Of a DNA stretch of 64,000 nt, positions 14,201 through 28,862 are shown piece by piece. A program made the translations under genes and the position numbers. Within the stretch, counting starts at the first letter, position 1. The number at the start of each line of letters is the position of its first letter. The DNA comes from Marsupella aquatica (lineage: Eukaryota; Plantae; Marchantiophyta): the NCBI GenBank assembly GCA_973895155.1, contig OZ316895.1, positions 12,345,929 to 12,409,928 of the forward strand, read 5' to 3'. The notes below the pieces were generated by a model, which searched no databases, was not told where the DNA came from, and was given only the letters and a program-made list of their open reading frames with translations.

Positions 14201-16213
14201 GAATTTCACCGCACAATGAGAAACTATTCCCTCCGATATACCCATTCGAGACAAACGTAACTTCTCCGCAGCCAAGCAAACGGCTCTTATCTAGTTTCTC
14301 TAGCAGGCCACAGCTTTATGATGGGAAGTTCTTCAATAGAAACTCTGTGAATGGTGCACGAGAGTAAAGTTTTCTTTTTGTGGGTAAACTGTTTGCTCAT
14401 CCGAATGGAAACGATAACAAGAGGGATTATTAAATCAGTTTGTTAGAAGGCATTATCATCCAATCATGTAGAATGATTACAATGGGGCACATAGTTCAAA
14501 ATTATCTTCCGAGCTAAGCTTCCTCTAAAGTTTTAACTTCACGCAGTCAATCTCGGTCAACACTACACTAAGTAAAAAGAACTTTTCTGTCTCCAGTTAG
14601 ATTTGAATAGATCCGTCACATTAATAGCAAAAGACTTCGCCAAGAAACGCACTCACATGTCAAACCCTGGGATTTCCTGAAGAGACTCATCTCAAGTCAA
14701 GTCAGAGTGAACTTGAACTTGCACTTGTGAGGAAGCTCAAAATTGCCTGTCTTGTGGAAAACCATTACGCCCAGGATAAGACTTAATTAGACCTTAAAGT
14801 CATTCTCACACTAGAAGGTTGAGAACTCCTAATACCGGTTACTCGTCTGATTGCCGGACTCCCTTCAAAGACAGACATTCAACTAAGGAAAGGGTTTTGT
14901 GATGTCGACAAAGTCAGACAACGACTGTCTCTCTAGGTAACTATTTTGTAGCCAAAGGGTTTGTGATGACGACACTAGATTAGTAAAATCATCGGGGATT
15001 GTCATCGCCCATCCTGCCCGAGTCTGCTCTGCTCTAGTTTTGTTCACTTATTATCTGTGGTCAGGGCTCTTTGGGGTAGCTCCGGAGCTGGGAATCTGGG
15101 ATATAGACTGACCGAGCTCGAAGAGACACCTCTTTTGGGTCTGACATATCGTCTGAATCAGCCGCCCAATTAGTCACTGGACTGCAGGTGGAAATCAAGA
15201 GCAGAATGAATCAACCAAAGTTAGAATGCAGACTGGAATCTGTACAGTCATTTGTGTGGAAGAAGTTCTTCACTTGAATTGGAATTTGTGGGTCCAGAGA
15301 TCGAGCGTGTTTCATTCATCCTACGAAATTAGTTTACCGATTATGAGCAACAATTTGATCAGCTGCAGGAGTACTAACTCTTGATGAGCTTTTACGTGAA
15401 GCACAAATCCAAGGGACCACTCAGTTTACACCCTAGAATTTACCGCTCTGACATGAGCAAAGCTTTCTGTGTGAAAGATCTTACAATCAACAGAAAGGTA
15501 ACCATATAATTTGCGCCACGAAGAAATGATGTTGAAGGCAAGTACGTAGACAGTACGGCAGCTAGGAGTCTAGAGAGAGACTCTCGACACAGACACAATC
15601 TGAGGCAAGAGAGTCAGAATGAAAACTTAATTCAACTTTTGACGACGATGGACAGAGAATGAAAAGCAATGAAAAGGAAGCAACGTGTGCACAGCCTGAT
15701 CGTGGACCAGGCCAAGCCGTTTGCAGTGGCTCGTTTCATAGGAAATTTCACAACGCCAGAGTATCCAGATCAGCAATCGCTTCACAAATTGACCATACAT
15801 TGTTCTGGGGCTTTCCTTGTCATTGGATTATCCCCCGCTTCCATATCAGTGCTCGGATCAAACAAAGTTTTCTCATTTTATTCTTACCTAGCTGATTGCA
15901 TTTACGTGATTCGGATCTTCTCATTACATGCTTTTAACAAATTACCACCTCTTCCCCGTTAGAGTTCTGTCACTGGAGTACCCACTCTTCTCCTAAAAGT
16001 GATCGATTAATTGCAGGCACAAGGTCATCTTAGAGTCCAGTGATTATAAGAGCAGAATTGCCATTCCCAGCATAGTAGAAAGTTGGGGAGTTTGGGGTGG
16101 CTCCAGTGTCCTCATTCCTCATCAGCAGGACTCATGAAGAGAGTAAAGCTGTCGAATTAACAAAAAATGTATTTCGCGTGCTATGCCACGTACAATCATA
16201 TTTGACCGTGAAT

Positions 16214-18930
16214 CTATTTGCCTTTGGGTGGCTTCTTTCCATCCTTGGGAGTGACCTGTTTCTCGTGCGATGGGCTTTTGCCGCCGGCCTTCTTGTCGTT
16301 TTTCCCTGCAGGTGTTTCCTTACTATTGCTCGCCTTCAAATCTGGCGAGTTCAGGATTTTTCCTGTTATCTTCTCTTCTGTTGCTTGCAACTTCTCCTCA
16401 ATGTCAGCCCGCATCTTCTCCATGTGTTTGCTGACCGCCTCTGCTGCCGCTTGTGTGACTTCTTCCGGGATGGCAGCTGAAGATGATTCACACATTATCA
16501 CTCAGACACAGTCCGCCACGCAATGCGTGTCTGTTCCTCTATATAAGTGAACAGGCGCAGTAGTAGAATTAATGCACTTCTGACTACCAACACTTCCCAT
16601 CTGCCCTTAAATGAGCTCAGCGTTCTCTCTCTCGTTCCATTTCGCTTGCGGCTTGCTACAATCCCTCGTCTTGTTGTTATCAAAATTTTGTGGCCTTCAC
16701 GTGACATTTATAAAGGGTGGTCAATCTGAGATTTCTACCCAAGCAATTGCATCGAAGGTTCGTATACTCGGATTTCGTTCATTTCTTCTCACATCAAGTC
16801 TAATCACGCGTGAGTTCCATCCTCGCTTGAAAATCGGGTCCAATGGTAAAGCTTTGTACTCTCGAGCACTCCAGCCATTCCCCGAAGAAGGGATTCCCGA
16901 AAAAGGCCACAGTTCCCGTGTCACAATCCGACTGTCATGAACAACATCGCCAACGCGTTTATAAATTTTGCCCAGAAAGTGGAAACCAATGCCGAGCTTT
17001 TCAATTTCCTGTCCATCGAGCTCGTTTACTGCTGAACAGATTATTTGTCCACAGTTTGGTACAGCAGTGTCCTCGTGCTGTCTCTTTGCTCCTATCTAAT
17101 TAGTTGCCAACGTGTTACTAAATCCTCCCTTCCACAAAATTGAGATCCGGCAATCCATGATCCATTTCTAGTCAAGCCAGCCCATTTTCAAAGAGACATT
17201 GTAGTTCCCAAATGGGCAATCATGGCTTTCCTGGAAGGTGTTGGGATTGAGCCATTGAGGTGCTTTTGCCACCATCGTTCATCTCAAAGATCCTGAAAAG
17301 CGATGGCCGAAATGTATGTGTCCGATCGAGCTTTCCATTGAATGGAAAGATTTGACCCCGAAAAGAAAGGGAGGCTTTTTCTTGGCGAAGCTCTATCAAT
17401 CTGGAGCTCCTGTAGATTTGAATGACTGGAGGATTTGGCTAGAAACAAAGTAGGCTTTCTAGACTTCAATGCGCTTTCTATTGTGGACACTTCTGAAGTT
17501 CTGAGCATGATTCTTCTCCTGAATTTGCTAAAATAGTGTGGTCTAAGTTTAACATACTATTTCAGGGGTATATGATCCCTTCTCTATTCTCTATAATTAA
17601 CCCAATAGTCAATCCACCATATACAACAAACACTTGGTCTAGCTAGACCACATGCTTTGAAGGGTGGTACAGACATGTATAGTGAGGTAAGGAGGTGTGT
17701 TCTTTCATTTGCATATAAAAGGGTCGTACAGAAACCTGAAAAGGATTTCATCAAGTGAAAAAACCTGAAACGAGAACCTCAATGGCTACCTCTATTTGAA
17801 GTGTTAGAGAGTGCAAAGGAGCCGCCATCTACAGTAGCTTTAGATTCCCTGGGGTCCAATGGTCCTAGTCCTGCAATGGACTCACTTTTGCAAATGGCTG
17901 AAGAAGCTCTACAAAAATGGGAGGGTGTGAATATAGATTCATGTGGAGACGCATGAATATTAATTTTTATATATTTATATATCATTTGAAACAACTGTTG
18001 TTCTTGATGAGAAGCAAGATTGACTTGTTATGAATTTGTCTATGAGTTTCATGTGGGGGGAGGGCAAAAACAGATGGGGGAAACCCCGCCATAGACAAGC
18101 AGCCAAGCAACTGGCTCCAGGAGGTGCAAGAGTAATTCGTCCATGAATTAAGGAGTGTGGGGTCTAATGAGTACCGCAATGAGGACATGCACCAGCGCCT
18201 TAGTCTTTGACACTTTATGCTCAGTTCTGAAGAATTTCCTGTCCATAAGCCTTGGGTCCTAAAGCTGCACTAGCGCAGGGCTATAAGTGTCGTTTTCCAT
18301 ACCAAACTCATATCAAGTTGCCCCTTGAGCTTCTGCCTCCCACTGAATTCATTTTTGGGGATGGCTCGAGGACGTGCACCTGGACCAGGGCCCTAGTCTA
18401 TGTATACTCTATACCCAGATACAAGAAACCAATCTGTGTAGAGTCTAATCTAAGTGTGAGAAGAAGTGAAATTGATTCCACCTACAGTCAGTAGAAATTC
18501 AGCAGGTCATTGTCTATAAGGGAACATTCCTGACCAGACAGTTCTGGACTTCTGCTAGTCCATATAATCTGGGGTTTTGTTCCAAACCGTTGGGTTTAAT
18601 GTGGTATGAACCACAGGCTCTTGTCGTAATTGTAAGAATTATATTAATAAAAAAATTAGAAACCCCACTTGCTGAACACTGTTTTCCCTTTCTAGAAAAC
18701 AAGCTTTGACACGCTCATTGTTCGCTCGGATCAATGACCAGTGTGGGAAATGGTTGACCTTTCCCAACCCTGTGAAGAGCAAAATCAAGGCTGGCCCAGC
18801 ACGCTTGAAATAAAAGGAAAGCCTTACTTTCTTACAAGAATTTAGCATTTAGTGACCCCACCCAGTTTTGGATCTTTGTGACAACTCCAATCATGAAAAA
18901 GGTCATAGGGTAAGCTCGAATAGGGTGGTA

Positions 18931-18964
<34 letters not shown>

Positions 18965-21900
18965 AGAGTGGGTCCCTTCCTTTTTGAGTTTAGACGTCAT
19001 GGTCCCATGGTGACATTCAGCTCAAACTTCAAGGACTCCATTGTCACAACTCTCATTTTGCCTTTACAGCCTTTGCATTTCTTGAGCTTGTTCCCATTGT
19101 CTCCCAATGTAGGCCAATCTCTTGGTCTATACTGGACCATCATCCTTGGCAATTGTGCACACTATTGTAATATGTTTGAGAGGCAATCATTGGTCCAGTT
19201 GTTTGGGAAAAAACTAGTTCACGCGATATATTTTTATCTTTGGATACCAGGGGCAATCTGGACCTACCCTATTCACCATTGATAATAGATCATTTATCAT
19301 TGATGATGGGATAATCTGGTCCTTCATGTTATATAACAAACTACCTACAAACAAAAGGTGTACATTAGGGAGACACTATCCCAAAGGCAAGAGACCCCAT
19401 AAATGGGAGCCAACAGGGGAAATCCAAAGGAAGACCAATGAGCAAAAAATTCCCTGGAGTCCATAGCAAAAGACCCGTAAGGATCTAGACAGTACTATCT
19501 ACTATGGGGTCCCAATAATCAAAGGTTTTTTCTACCTACTACTATATACGTGATTTAGCTATGTTTTGGTAGGCTCGCACTAAATCAAACCTGGGTTTTA
19601 TATACATGTTGAGTATATTCAGATGCCCATCTTTAAGCAATCTTGTAGTGGACTAGTTGGATATTAACCTTCCTTCTTTCCTTTGATACAGCTTTCCTAG
19701 GTCTTGCATGGCCTTTGTGAATGAAATCATTATAATTTGATAAAATCATGAGGAGCCAACCCCCACCCCAAATAAGTCGCATCAAAAAGTTGAAAGGGCC
19801 TACAGACCTGTAGCACTTTTACGGGTGCACTAGATTCTATTTCTATTTTGCTAATGATGTAGATCATGATATTGAAGAATTATAGGATCTCATTGAAAGC
19901 GAGAAAAAGGACCGAATTTCCTTAAAAAAAGGCCAAACAAAGTACATATGGGGTAAAAGTAAAAGTGGTCCAAAGAAGAGAAATGCCCCGCCGCTTCTCT
20001 ATGAGCGCATCCCACTTCGCCTTTGGTGCAGGTGTAGGTCCATTTCAAGAGGTATTGGATTTCCGGGCACTCAAAAAAGAGGGCAAATGCAAACCCCAAA
20101 AACCTAGAAAGAGGGGGAAATAAGAGGTAAAGATCCACCATCAGAATTGTCTGACACACTAATGCTCCACATCCAGTGTATAAGTAACTCTGCAAGTTGT
20201 CCTCAAAGGGGCAAGCCTCTTACCCACAAAGTAAATATCCTCAAGGTTTTTCCTATCTTCAATGGGAAACCTCAAGCCATGCAAGTGACCCGGCAAGTGA
20301 GTTGAGGAGCAAAAACTCTCAATACACATTTCCTGGCCATCGTTGGAAATAGCCCCAACAAAATATCAACTGCCATTGTTGCATTCAATATGGATTGAAC
20401 CAAGACCAGCTGGAACAAAATCTGATTTGTTAACCAGTATGATAGGCAAGAGGGCCTTTCCTTGGGGTTTTGGTTTCTCTTGCTGGCAAACATCTTTCAA
20501 CCATACAATTCAAGGGATAGGGATAGGTGCTCAGGCAGGGTTTCCCTCCCCTCATTTAAGAAATCCAAAAAATCCTATTACCCAGTGGAAACACATTCCA
20601 GTGCTGAGGTGATGTTAGGAGGGAGAGTGTAAGAAACTTCCACCAAAATTTACAAAATAAGAAAAAACAAAGTACAATGAGAGGGAAAGGCTTTTCCTTT
20701 ACCTCGATAAGCCGCTTCAATGCTGGCAGCAATTGCAGCTTCACGAGCCAAAACCTCGCTTTGGGAAATCTTCCTCTCTATTTCCTGAAACCATGACAAA
20801 GCCCACATTTTCATCTTCTCTTTTCCTTGTTTAGCATAATGATCTCAAGCTCCACATACAGTGCAGCACACCCCTTTTGACCTCATCTGAGGCGAGCGTA
20901 GGGGCTCCACCAGGAACAACGAATGGCTCTTTTTGCCTGGAAATTAATTTGGATGTCGGTTGTTTTTCGAAAACCAGTGCATCTTGCTTTTTATTCCTTT
21001 TGACTGCTTTGAAATGTACACAATAATATGTCATTCAGGATTATAGAAAGCGCAGACTTCTCGTTAACAGCCTGCAGTGGAACTTTTTTTTGCCTAGGGA
21101 TCAAGTGTCATCTCATGCAGGATCTTAAAGTACAGAAGGGCCTATTGCCTGATCCCTGTGGAATTTGATTTTCTAGGGATGTAACAACCCTCACAATCAG
21201 GGAGGCAGGCAGATAGTCCACCTACTCAGAATTGTATAACGCATTTACTAATTGGTACTCAGCTTGAACACTCAACCTTTCTTGGTCTAAGAAATGGCCA
21301 TTATAAGGATTATCTAAACTTTAAGCAACAGTGCAGGACTACGTCTTTGGATTGAGTTGTTTTTAGTATTTAATTTTGCCTTCTTGCAACACAGGTAGAG
21401 GAGTTCAAGCCTCAGACTTCAGTACTTCATGAGTTTGGATTATCAGCCAGGCTTGTCAACAAATGTTGGAAGAGAGGAGGGGGCAATAGAAACAGACCTC
21501 AAGCTCTAGTTGAAGGTTAAGTAGATCAGCATCTCTCTCTTCTTGGGTTGTTGCCTCTCTTAGACTCAAAATGGGCGGAGGAAATTCTACCACATCATCG
21601 TTTGTGATTTGCTCCAGATCGACAATATAGTTTGGGGTGAACGCATACTGATACAGCTTGTAATGCTTATAGTAACTGCATTGAATAGCAACACTTTGAA
21701 GTGAGAACAATTCTATACTGTCCACTCTAGAAATAAAGCTGAAAAGCGAGAATGTTGATGCACTATGCAACATGCCTCTTGTGTAAAGGAATATTTTGAT
21801 AAAGTTTGTGTTGAGCAAAAGTAGAGAAGTGTGATCTTAGATACTCTACAATCATGCTTATAGAAGACGATACTTATTAGGACAGGGAAAAAATGAAAGC

Positions 21901-24900
21901 AAAAGGATTAGATGAAGAGAGGCACATACGTGTGAAGTAGGTATTGTGTAATCATTTGAAGGTCAGAAAGGGAGAACATGGCCATAGAAAAAGGAGGCCT
22001 TTGCACAGTGTGCCTGAGGAGTTGGCTCTTTGCATGCTCCCAACTTCGCTCCAGTGGTTGTCGTTCTCCTGTAATATTCAAAGAGCCCTGGTTGGTCACA
22101 AACATTTTTTACATAATTAATTGCATTTACCTCAATGATCACCCAGTTGATGACTGTATTGACCAATAGAGACCCCACTCTTTTCAACAATTGGTCCTTA
22201 CAACTCTTTGTTCATAGTGCTCTTTCCCTTAGTCAGATCTTGTACTTATCAATTGCTCTTCCATTCAATAAGGATGACAACAGTTGAGATGAATTTTTTT
22301 TGTGCCACGGACTTCAAACACTAGACAAACTAGTGTTTTTTATCAGCTATGTATCCTTTTGCATGCACAAATCCATTGATCATGACTCTGGCTTGCGCCA
22401 TTCAATATTATCTTTTGTTGTGGATCACTCTTTGGGATATTTAGATGGAAAGAAATCATGAATTGTATCTCACCCTGTAGAGAAAACTAGATGCTGATCC
22501 CTACCCCTCTTGAATCCAAGTCTCACTGGTGTTTCATTTTGCAAGTCATGACCAGTGAGCAAGTGAATTTAGTGGCAGCTTCCCAGGGCGACATTCATCA
22601 GACTTGTTAGTCCTTTATGAGATACTGTCCTGTATTCCATTACCTTCCAATGTACATGTGGTGCTTCATGAGATTGACTGCCAGTATTTTGGAAAGCACA
22701 CTTGGCCCTAGGAAATGCAGATTTCTGGTTAGGAATGAGGTCCATGGCAGTGTTTTTTGTAGTGGCGAAAATTCGCTAGATTCCACCTCCCCAAAAATCC
22801 TTCGCCACTTTTGGCAAAAATTTGCTACTATTTCGCTGGCTCATTAGCCAGTGTTTCACCTAATCCCAGGCCCGATTAGCCAGAATCTAATGGTCAGCCT
22901 TAAATCTAGGGAGATCTGACGGTCAGGAAAATGATTGAATAAGGAATCTTCTGAGCATCTTCTCCCTCACACACTTTACATTGGCCACTCTGGCTAAAAA
23001 GTGAAATCCTTAAAAAATACGCTGGTCCATGGGTCTTGCAGGTGGTGGAGCCCCAGCATTCAATGATTGTTTTTCCCTCTGCAATGCTTGAGAACAGAGA
23101 AGGACCTGTAGCCATCTTATGAATAGCCTTGACGAGGGATATGAGCGTTGATATTTTTTCAATGGAAAACCCCTGCTCCTGTGCAAATCTGGCCTTCCTT
23201 GTTAAGTTTCAAATAGTTTGAGAGAAAATTAGAAAACTAGTACTCAGTATAATTGTGCATATTGAAAATAGCATTCTTGCATGATAAAAAGAGGCACTAA
23301 AAAGGGGGATATATAGTGGCATACATGGAAGATCCAGGTTTCCCTCCATTGCTTTTATTCTCCATTGTGACATGTGAGTTTGGGGCCTTAAGATGTACGA
23401 TTAAGTGTTTCATAGTGAGACTAAGCATCAAATCATTAATCAAGAAACCGGTGTCATTGGCACTATAACAAGACTTGCAGCATTTCAAATCAATCAGATT
23501 TAGGGGTTCTTGATACAGAAGAGTGCTGAAGTATAGATCAAGCATTATCTCTGCTTTTAAATCGTCCTCTGTATCTATCAGCTTCATTGCTTGCTGTAGT
23601 TTCCTGATTGTCCCAAGAATACAGGTCAGAGGAGTGCTTTTCAAGTAGAGTAGCTGATCCTATGGCTTTCACTAGACGTAGACTGACCGATAGACAAGAT
23701 GTGACACCAAAACTACATCAGAAAACCAACAGAATATGTATACAAGAATGCACAGCAATCCTCCAGAATCCCAGTCACTTTCATTCACCAACTTTGACAG
23801 ACTGCAGATGAAAAAACACTTAAACTGAGGATTGTGTCTCTTTTAAATAATTATGTGCAAATTAGTGCCCCTTCACAAATGTCAAGTTTAGTTTCATCAG
23901 TTGTCTAGCTTGTGCTCGTGCTCAATCCAATTCTTCATCTTAAATAATACTGTCCTGCATAAATTTTCTACAAGAGACACAATTATCCCTTAGTTTGGAC
24001 CCACTTGATCATCATGAGGCTGCCTAGCTCTCACCATGGCTAATAAGGTCTTCTTAAGGTACACAATTTCGACACCTACAAAGACTGAGAGTCCAGAATT
24101 GAAGGACAATTTAAGAACTTCAAAAAATAAATCTTTGTTCACTTTGAGTACATCAAAATTCTCCAAAACTAACAAGGGTGTTGCCGAGACAGAGATGAGA
24201 CAACCCTCGTGCCTCGGATTTGGAAGCTGATTGCAGAATGTAAAGAAGTTGTGTCTGTGTCAGGTCGCTCCATGTCAACACCTTTGCCTGCAATAAAGTG
24301 GAAAGAGAACTAAATACTATAATGAGAATCCATGGTTTTCAATTCCCTGGAATTGACTGATGCATGTCAAAGTGTCTCTCATTCTGAGGACAATTATAGT
24401 GAAAAGGACCTGGTTCGTGATTCTTAGCGTTCCTCTCACTTGCACTTCCAAATCACATCCAGTCTTTATCACTTGGAATTTTTGAGCTGCTCAGCTATAT
24501 GCCCTGATTTCCAATAGATATCGTCATAGCAACTAGACTACTGCCCATCATCATTGACAGGTGATGTTGGTGTGAGATTCAGCAAGGGTCGACAAGAGGA
24601 TTACAACCATCATGGTTTTGTCCCCTTTAATTTATCCTTTTCCTTTGGTGGAGGGCAGGTGATGAACTTTCCTTCAAGCAATCCCCAACCAAGGGTACAT
24701 TCAAAGGTCTCGGACCTGGACCAATCCCATTGCAGTGACCAACCTGAACCACCAGCCACCCTAAACAATTTTGTAGAATGTATTCCTTTGAAGAGGATGT
24801 GCAACTCAAAACACATCCCAGTAAGAGGAGTGAGTAAAGTGGAAGGGATGGAAGATAAAGAGTTTCAAGATGAAATGCTCCCACCAGCAAGCTTTGAAGT

Positions 24901-26842
24901 GTTTTCAGTTGTGTTGATTGCGGGCAGACCAAAAAACACCAACAACAAGAGGCCGGGATGACTTCTGGCCTGGGCTTCTGGAAAATTGCCCCCAAAATTG
25001 CCATCTCATACGGTCTTAGAACAGATCAAACGTACTTAAAACTAAATGGATCAATCCATATGAAAAAAAGTATTAAGAAACCTAAATCTACAACCTTTGG
25101 CTCTGTCCAAAAATGTCATGCGAAACTGATCTCCTATGCACTTTTATTTGTTCAGTTTTTAATAAGCATAGACCCCCCCTGATCACCTATCCCAGGTTTT
25201 AGAATGCATTTTTGAATATTCAAATGAGTTTCAATCGGAGGCCTAAACTGGTCAGCGGTACCTTCCATCCCCTCTCTCTGTTTTGGAATGGACCATTCAT
25301 TGGAAGGTTGCGTTCTTGTTATAAAAAACTCTCCATGAGATTAATCATTTCACGGTGAAGTAGGAAGAAATAGGATGATTGAGGTGAGCCCTGACGAGTA
25401 GGATTCTCAGAGTAGAACAGGCACCATTTGAGAGAAAATGATTTGATGCAATCAAATCTTCTTCTTCTTCCCTGTAAAATTTTACTCGGGTTGCCCAATC
25501 TTGATCCGCCACTTTTGGCCTTTTCAATTTGTCGCAGCGGCCTCCACTAATAATTCTGCTCAACTATAGAGAAAGGAGCCAATGTACATTGCAAAGGGTT
25601 GAGGACTGGTTGTATTCTATCTCAAGCAAACCTCACATACAGTACTTAACAACCTTTGCTCAACATAAGATATTATCCATTCTCCCCATTTTATTTTCAG
25701 TCTCACCCATTCTCTGCATTGGACTATAGTCCATCAACTCTGTGTGCAACATAAATATAAATAATTTTTGGAAGAAAGGGTATGCCCCATAATAGAGGTA
25801 TACATTTGGGTATACATAAAGGATTGCCTAGGGGAATAAAAGGTGACCATAGCACCACACAAATTCACTCATGAAACTCTTGTCTAGGTCATTGTTAGGT
25901 CCTGGTTCACTACTGTTAACTCAAAATTGTTTCATTCCTGAAGCTGTCTTATTTCGTTCTAGTAGAATTGCTGCCGAGAATTGCCGCGGCTTAGGGTGAA
26001 GCAAATCCTGAAGCCCTTCAGACAGTTTCAGCCCCTGTTTGAATTGTGAGTACTTCAACTGAGAGAGGACACACAACTCACCCAGATCTTGCCTAATTTA
26101 GAGTCCACTCAACCCCATTTGGCCACACTACTCAGAACTACATTTGTGCTTTCTTCTTTCAATTTGCCAACATACAACAGATTCAGCACAATCATAGCCA
26201 CTTGAATGGGCAACTAGAGCAGAAGACCCCTAGACTTCACGCTAGATTAATTATGCAATACACTGAACAGTGTGTAAGTGCAGGCTCCTGGGACGACACC
26301 ACCAGACAACACTTAGTTAGCCACATTCAAAGTGCACGGGACACCATTTATGCACTTTTGCATATGTGCATAGTCTGCACTATCTAATTACTGCATGGGA
26401 ATCACTTATGCACGTACTTCCGGTTGTGTTTTTGCGTCGGTCACACACATTAGATTCCTCATTCCCAAGCCGTGATATTGCACACTTCAACTGGATAAGT
26501 GCATGAAACTACTTCAATATGTAGTTGTTTGCTGCACTTATCAATAAGTGCTTCCTGTGTATTTGTTGCAGTAACTGAGAATGCATTGTACACTTATAGT
26601 CAGAAATGCTCTTATGATTTGTCGTTTAGTGCCAATATTTTGTCATTGGTAAGAGTCAACCTTCACTTTTGCAAACTACGTTTTTTGTTACATTTACAAA
26701 CTAAGAAAGCCCTTGTCATATTAGGGGAAGACATGGTTGTTGAGCAAAGACAACATTCACAATGGCAAACCCATGATCATCTAACGCACAAGTAGTCAAC
26801 AAACAGATATACGTGATTCACCTCAGCTGAGGCTACATCCAT
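16214..26842 (-). CDS. CFAP119: Cilia- and flagella-associated protein 119 (CCDC189; flagellar central-pair C1a subunit, CLAMP/C1a-32 family), 8 exons, ~311 aa
   Basis: Phase-consistent GT-AG model: 26842-26822 (least certain), 24287-24205, 23603-23517, 23188-23106, 22068-21930, 21675-21498, 20784-20703, 16476-16214 (936 nt). Motifs AKVLTWSDL, IMLDLYFSTLLFAQEQGFSIEKISTL, LLRHTVQRPPFSMAMFS, YLLHTYYKHYKLYQYAFTP, then a coiled-coil and Lys-rich tail. Confidence 0.88.
22748..23024. mobile_element. hAT-type MITE (277 bp) in a CFAP119 intron
   Basis: Imperfect TIRs CAGTGTTTTTT.. / ..AAAAAATACGCTG. Exact 8-bp TSD GTCCATGG at 22740-22747 and 23025-23032. A homologous copy lies at 63553-63846. Confidence 0.85.
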
Positions 26843-28759
26843 GGAAACACACGAGGGCTTTACTACACTCTAGACCCATCGACCATACTGAGTCTCCACA
26901 ATATATACAAGATCTTATCTCTCAACTGGTTCCGTAACAATGAACCTGAGTTCCTTCTATCCAAGCAAACACTACTTGGGATCTATATAGTGTGCAACAT
27001 GACTAATCTAACCAAGTCCGCGACTAAGGTTAGCCCTTATTATGGTTATAGTTGTTACCCTAGACCTAAGAGAAAATGCCTAACAATGGTTGGCATGCAC
27101 TAATCCACAGAATGTACTCATTTACGCTGCATATACACAGTTCACTATAACAAGCATTGGGGACCCAAAGTCCTGGGACCCGCCCTTTGCTTCAATGAAT
27201 CCTACTCGATTGCCCTCCCAGTCACACTTTCTGTTTTGCATTTTTTTATTCTTTGGCAGTGTGATATATACTTACTCACCAGCAAGCATTGATTTCAATG
27301 GGAGATCAGTGCATGTAAGGGTGGCTTTGACAAACTTCAACATGCACTGGTGAATTGTTTTCATCAAAGCAAACTAGAGGGTCTATTCTCCTATAAATAT
27401 AGACTCTGGAACAAAATCCTTTTGAAGTGAAGTTCTAGGGTTTGGGGGTTTTAATTATTGTGATTCAAGTGGGCTGTTCCTGGGAAGTTTAGTCCCCCTC
27501 TTAGATGTTGCCCAATTGCCCATGATTGCCAGTTAGGTGTCAAGTTAGGTGATAAAGAGTAACCTCCAACTTTTCTAAGTGTCAAGTGCTTTGTGTGCAA
27601 AGGCTTTGGCAAACCCACTTTGGAATATCGGTTTGTGCAAAAGTTGGTCTTGAACTTATGAAGATTGAACTCGGGATCCAATAAGCACTAAGAAATGAGT
27701 TAACTTCCCAAGAACGATTGACATAATTACAGATTTTATCTTGCCATCTTTGCAGTTTGATGTTTGTCCTCTCTAAATCTCATCTGCTTTTACTCATTTG
27801 TACTTTATTTGGCTCTTGATTCGTAACAAAACCAGCCCAATTCTTGTTGTGGAAATGTTATGTTGGTGTGACAATATTCCTACATAGCACCTATGAAAGC
27901 GTCAAGATGGCGCACAGAATTGCAAGTGAGGGCTCCTTGTCGTCGTGACCATGCGGTTGTTGGTGCAACAATTTCCAGTTGTGCGCCATATAGAAATGTC
28001 AATGGGAGGCAAAGAACTTCAAGCAAGACAAGGAAGTGTTGGTCTGACTGTATCCCCATTGCAATCATGTTTGACTGTGTGTGAGTAAGTCTCGCTGTTT
28101 TGGTTGCTTGAATGGTTGTTGTGGAAATAATATTATTTTGGTCGGCATAGTTGTTATGAAAGTGTTCTAGTTGGGGAGGGCAAGGGCTAGGACGCAGGGA
28201 TGAGAGATGAGGGAGGGTGGTTGTGGCATCCTTGGAAGCAAGGCCACGGGGAGTTTCTAATTAATTAAATTTCCTTTTTTTGGTTTTTATTATATTATTA
28301 TCAAATTATCTTAATATTTTTAAGCTGTTTATTTCTTGCAATTTTTAATTTTTTAATTTTTCTTAAATTAATGGATTTTGATAGAGTAGAAATATTCATT
28401 TTTTGATGAGGGGCTAGGATGACCTTCAGACAAATATCACTTTAGGATCCCTATCTGAGCTCAAAGGTTTGGATGGAGATCCCATCCAAGCTTATAACTC
28501 AGGACAATTAAAGTGTGGGAAGGATAGAGAAAGGTTTGACCAATGAGCACCCACTTGGGGAAGGGTAGTATAGCCTGCCCTTAGAGCATCTGTAGTAGAG
28601 GGCTGGCATACTCTCCAGCAAAATAAATTGCATACAAATTTCAGGAAGGAAACCCCACCCTAGTGGTAGGGTATATATGTAGCATGGCCTTAGAGCATCT
28701 GTAGTAGTGGGCTGGCATTGCTGAGCGATGACTATTGAATTGGTGGGGGTATTTACATA

Positions 28760-28862
28760 AGACAGGAAACAGGAAAAAAGGAAACCCAAAACAGGAACCG
28801 ATGACAGGAAACAGGAAAACAGGAAACCCAAAACAGGAACCGATGACAGGAAACAGGAAAAC
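28760..28862 (+). repeat. Left subterminal repeat array (42-bp unit x ~2.4, ACAGGAA motifs)
   Basis: GACAGGAAACAGGAAAA(C/A)AGGAAACCCAAAACAGGAACCGAT in tandem. Its reverse-complement motif TTCCTGT is repeated at 40270-40316. Confidence 0.85.

Noticed and set aside
17100-20600. Possible decayed LINE fragments in the long CFAP119 intron
   Set aside because: No convincing RT or endonuclease motif could be read by eye.
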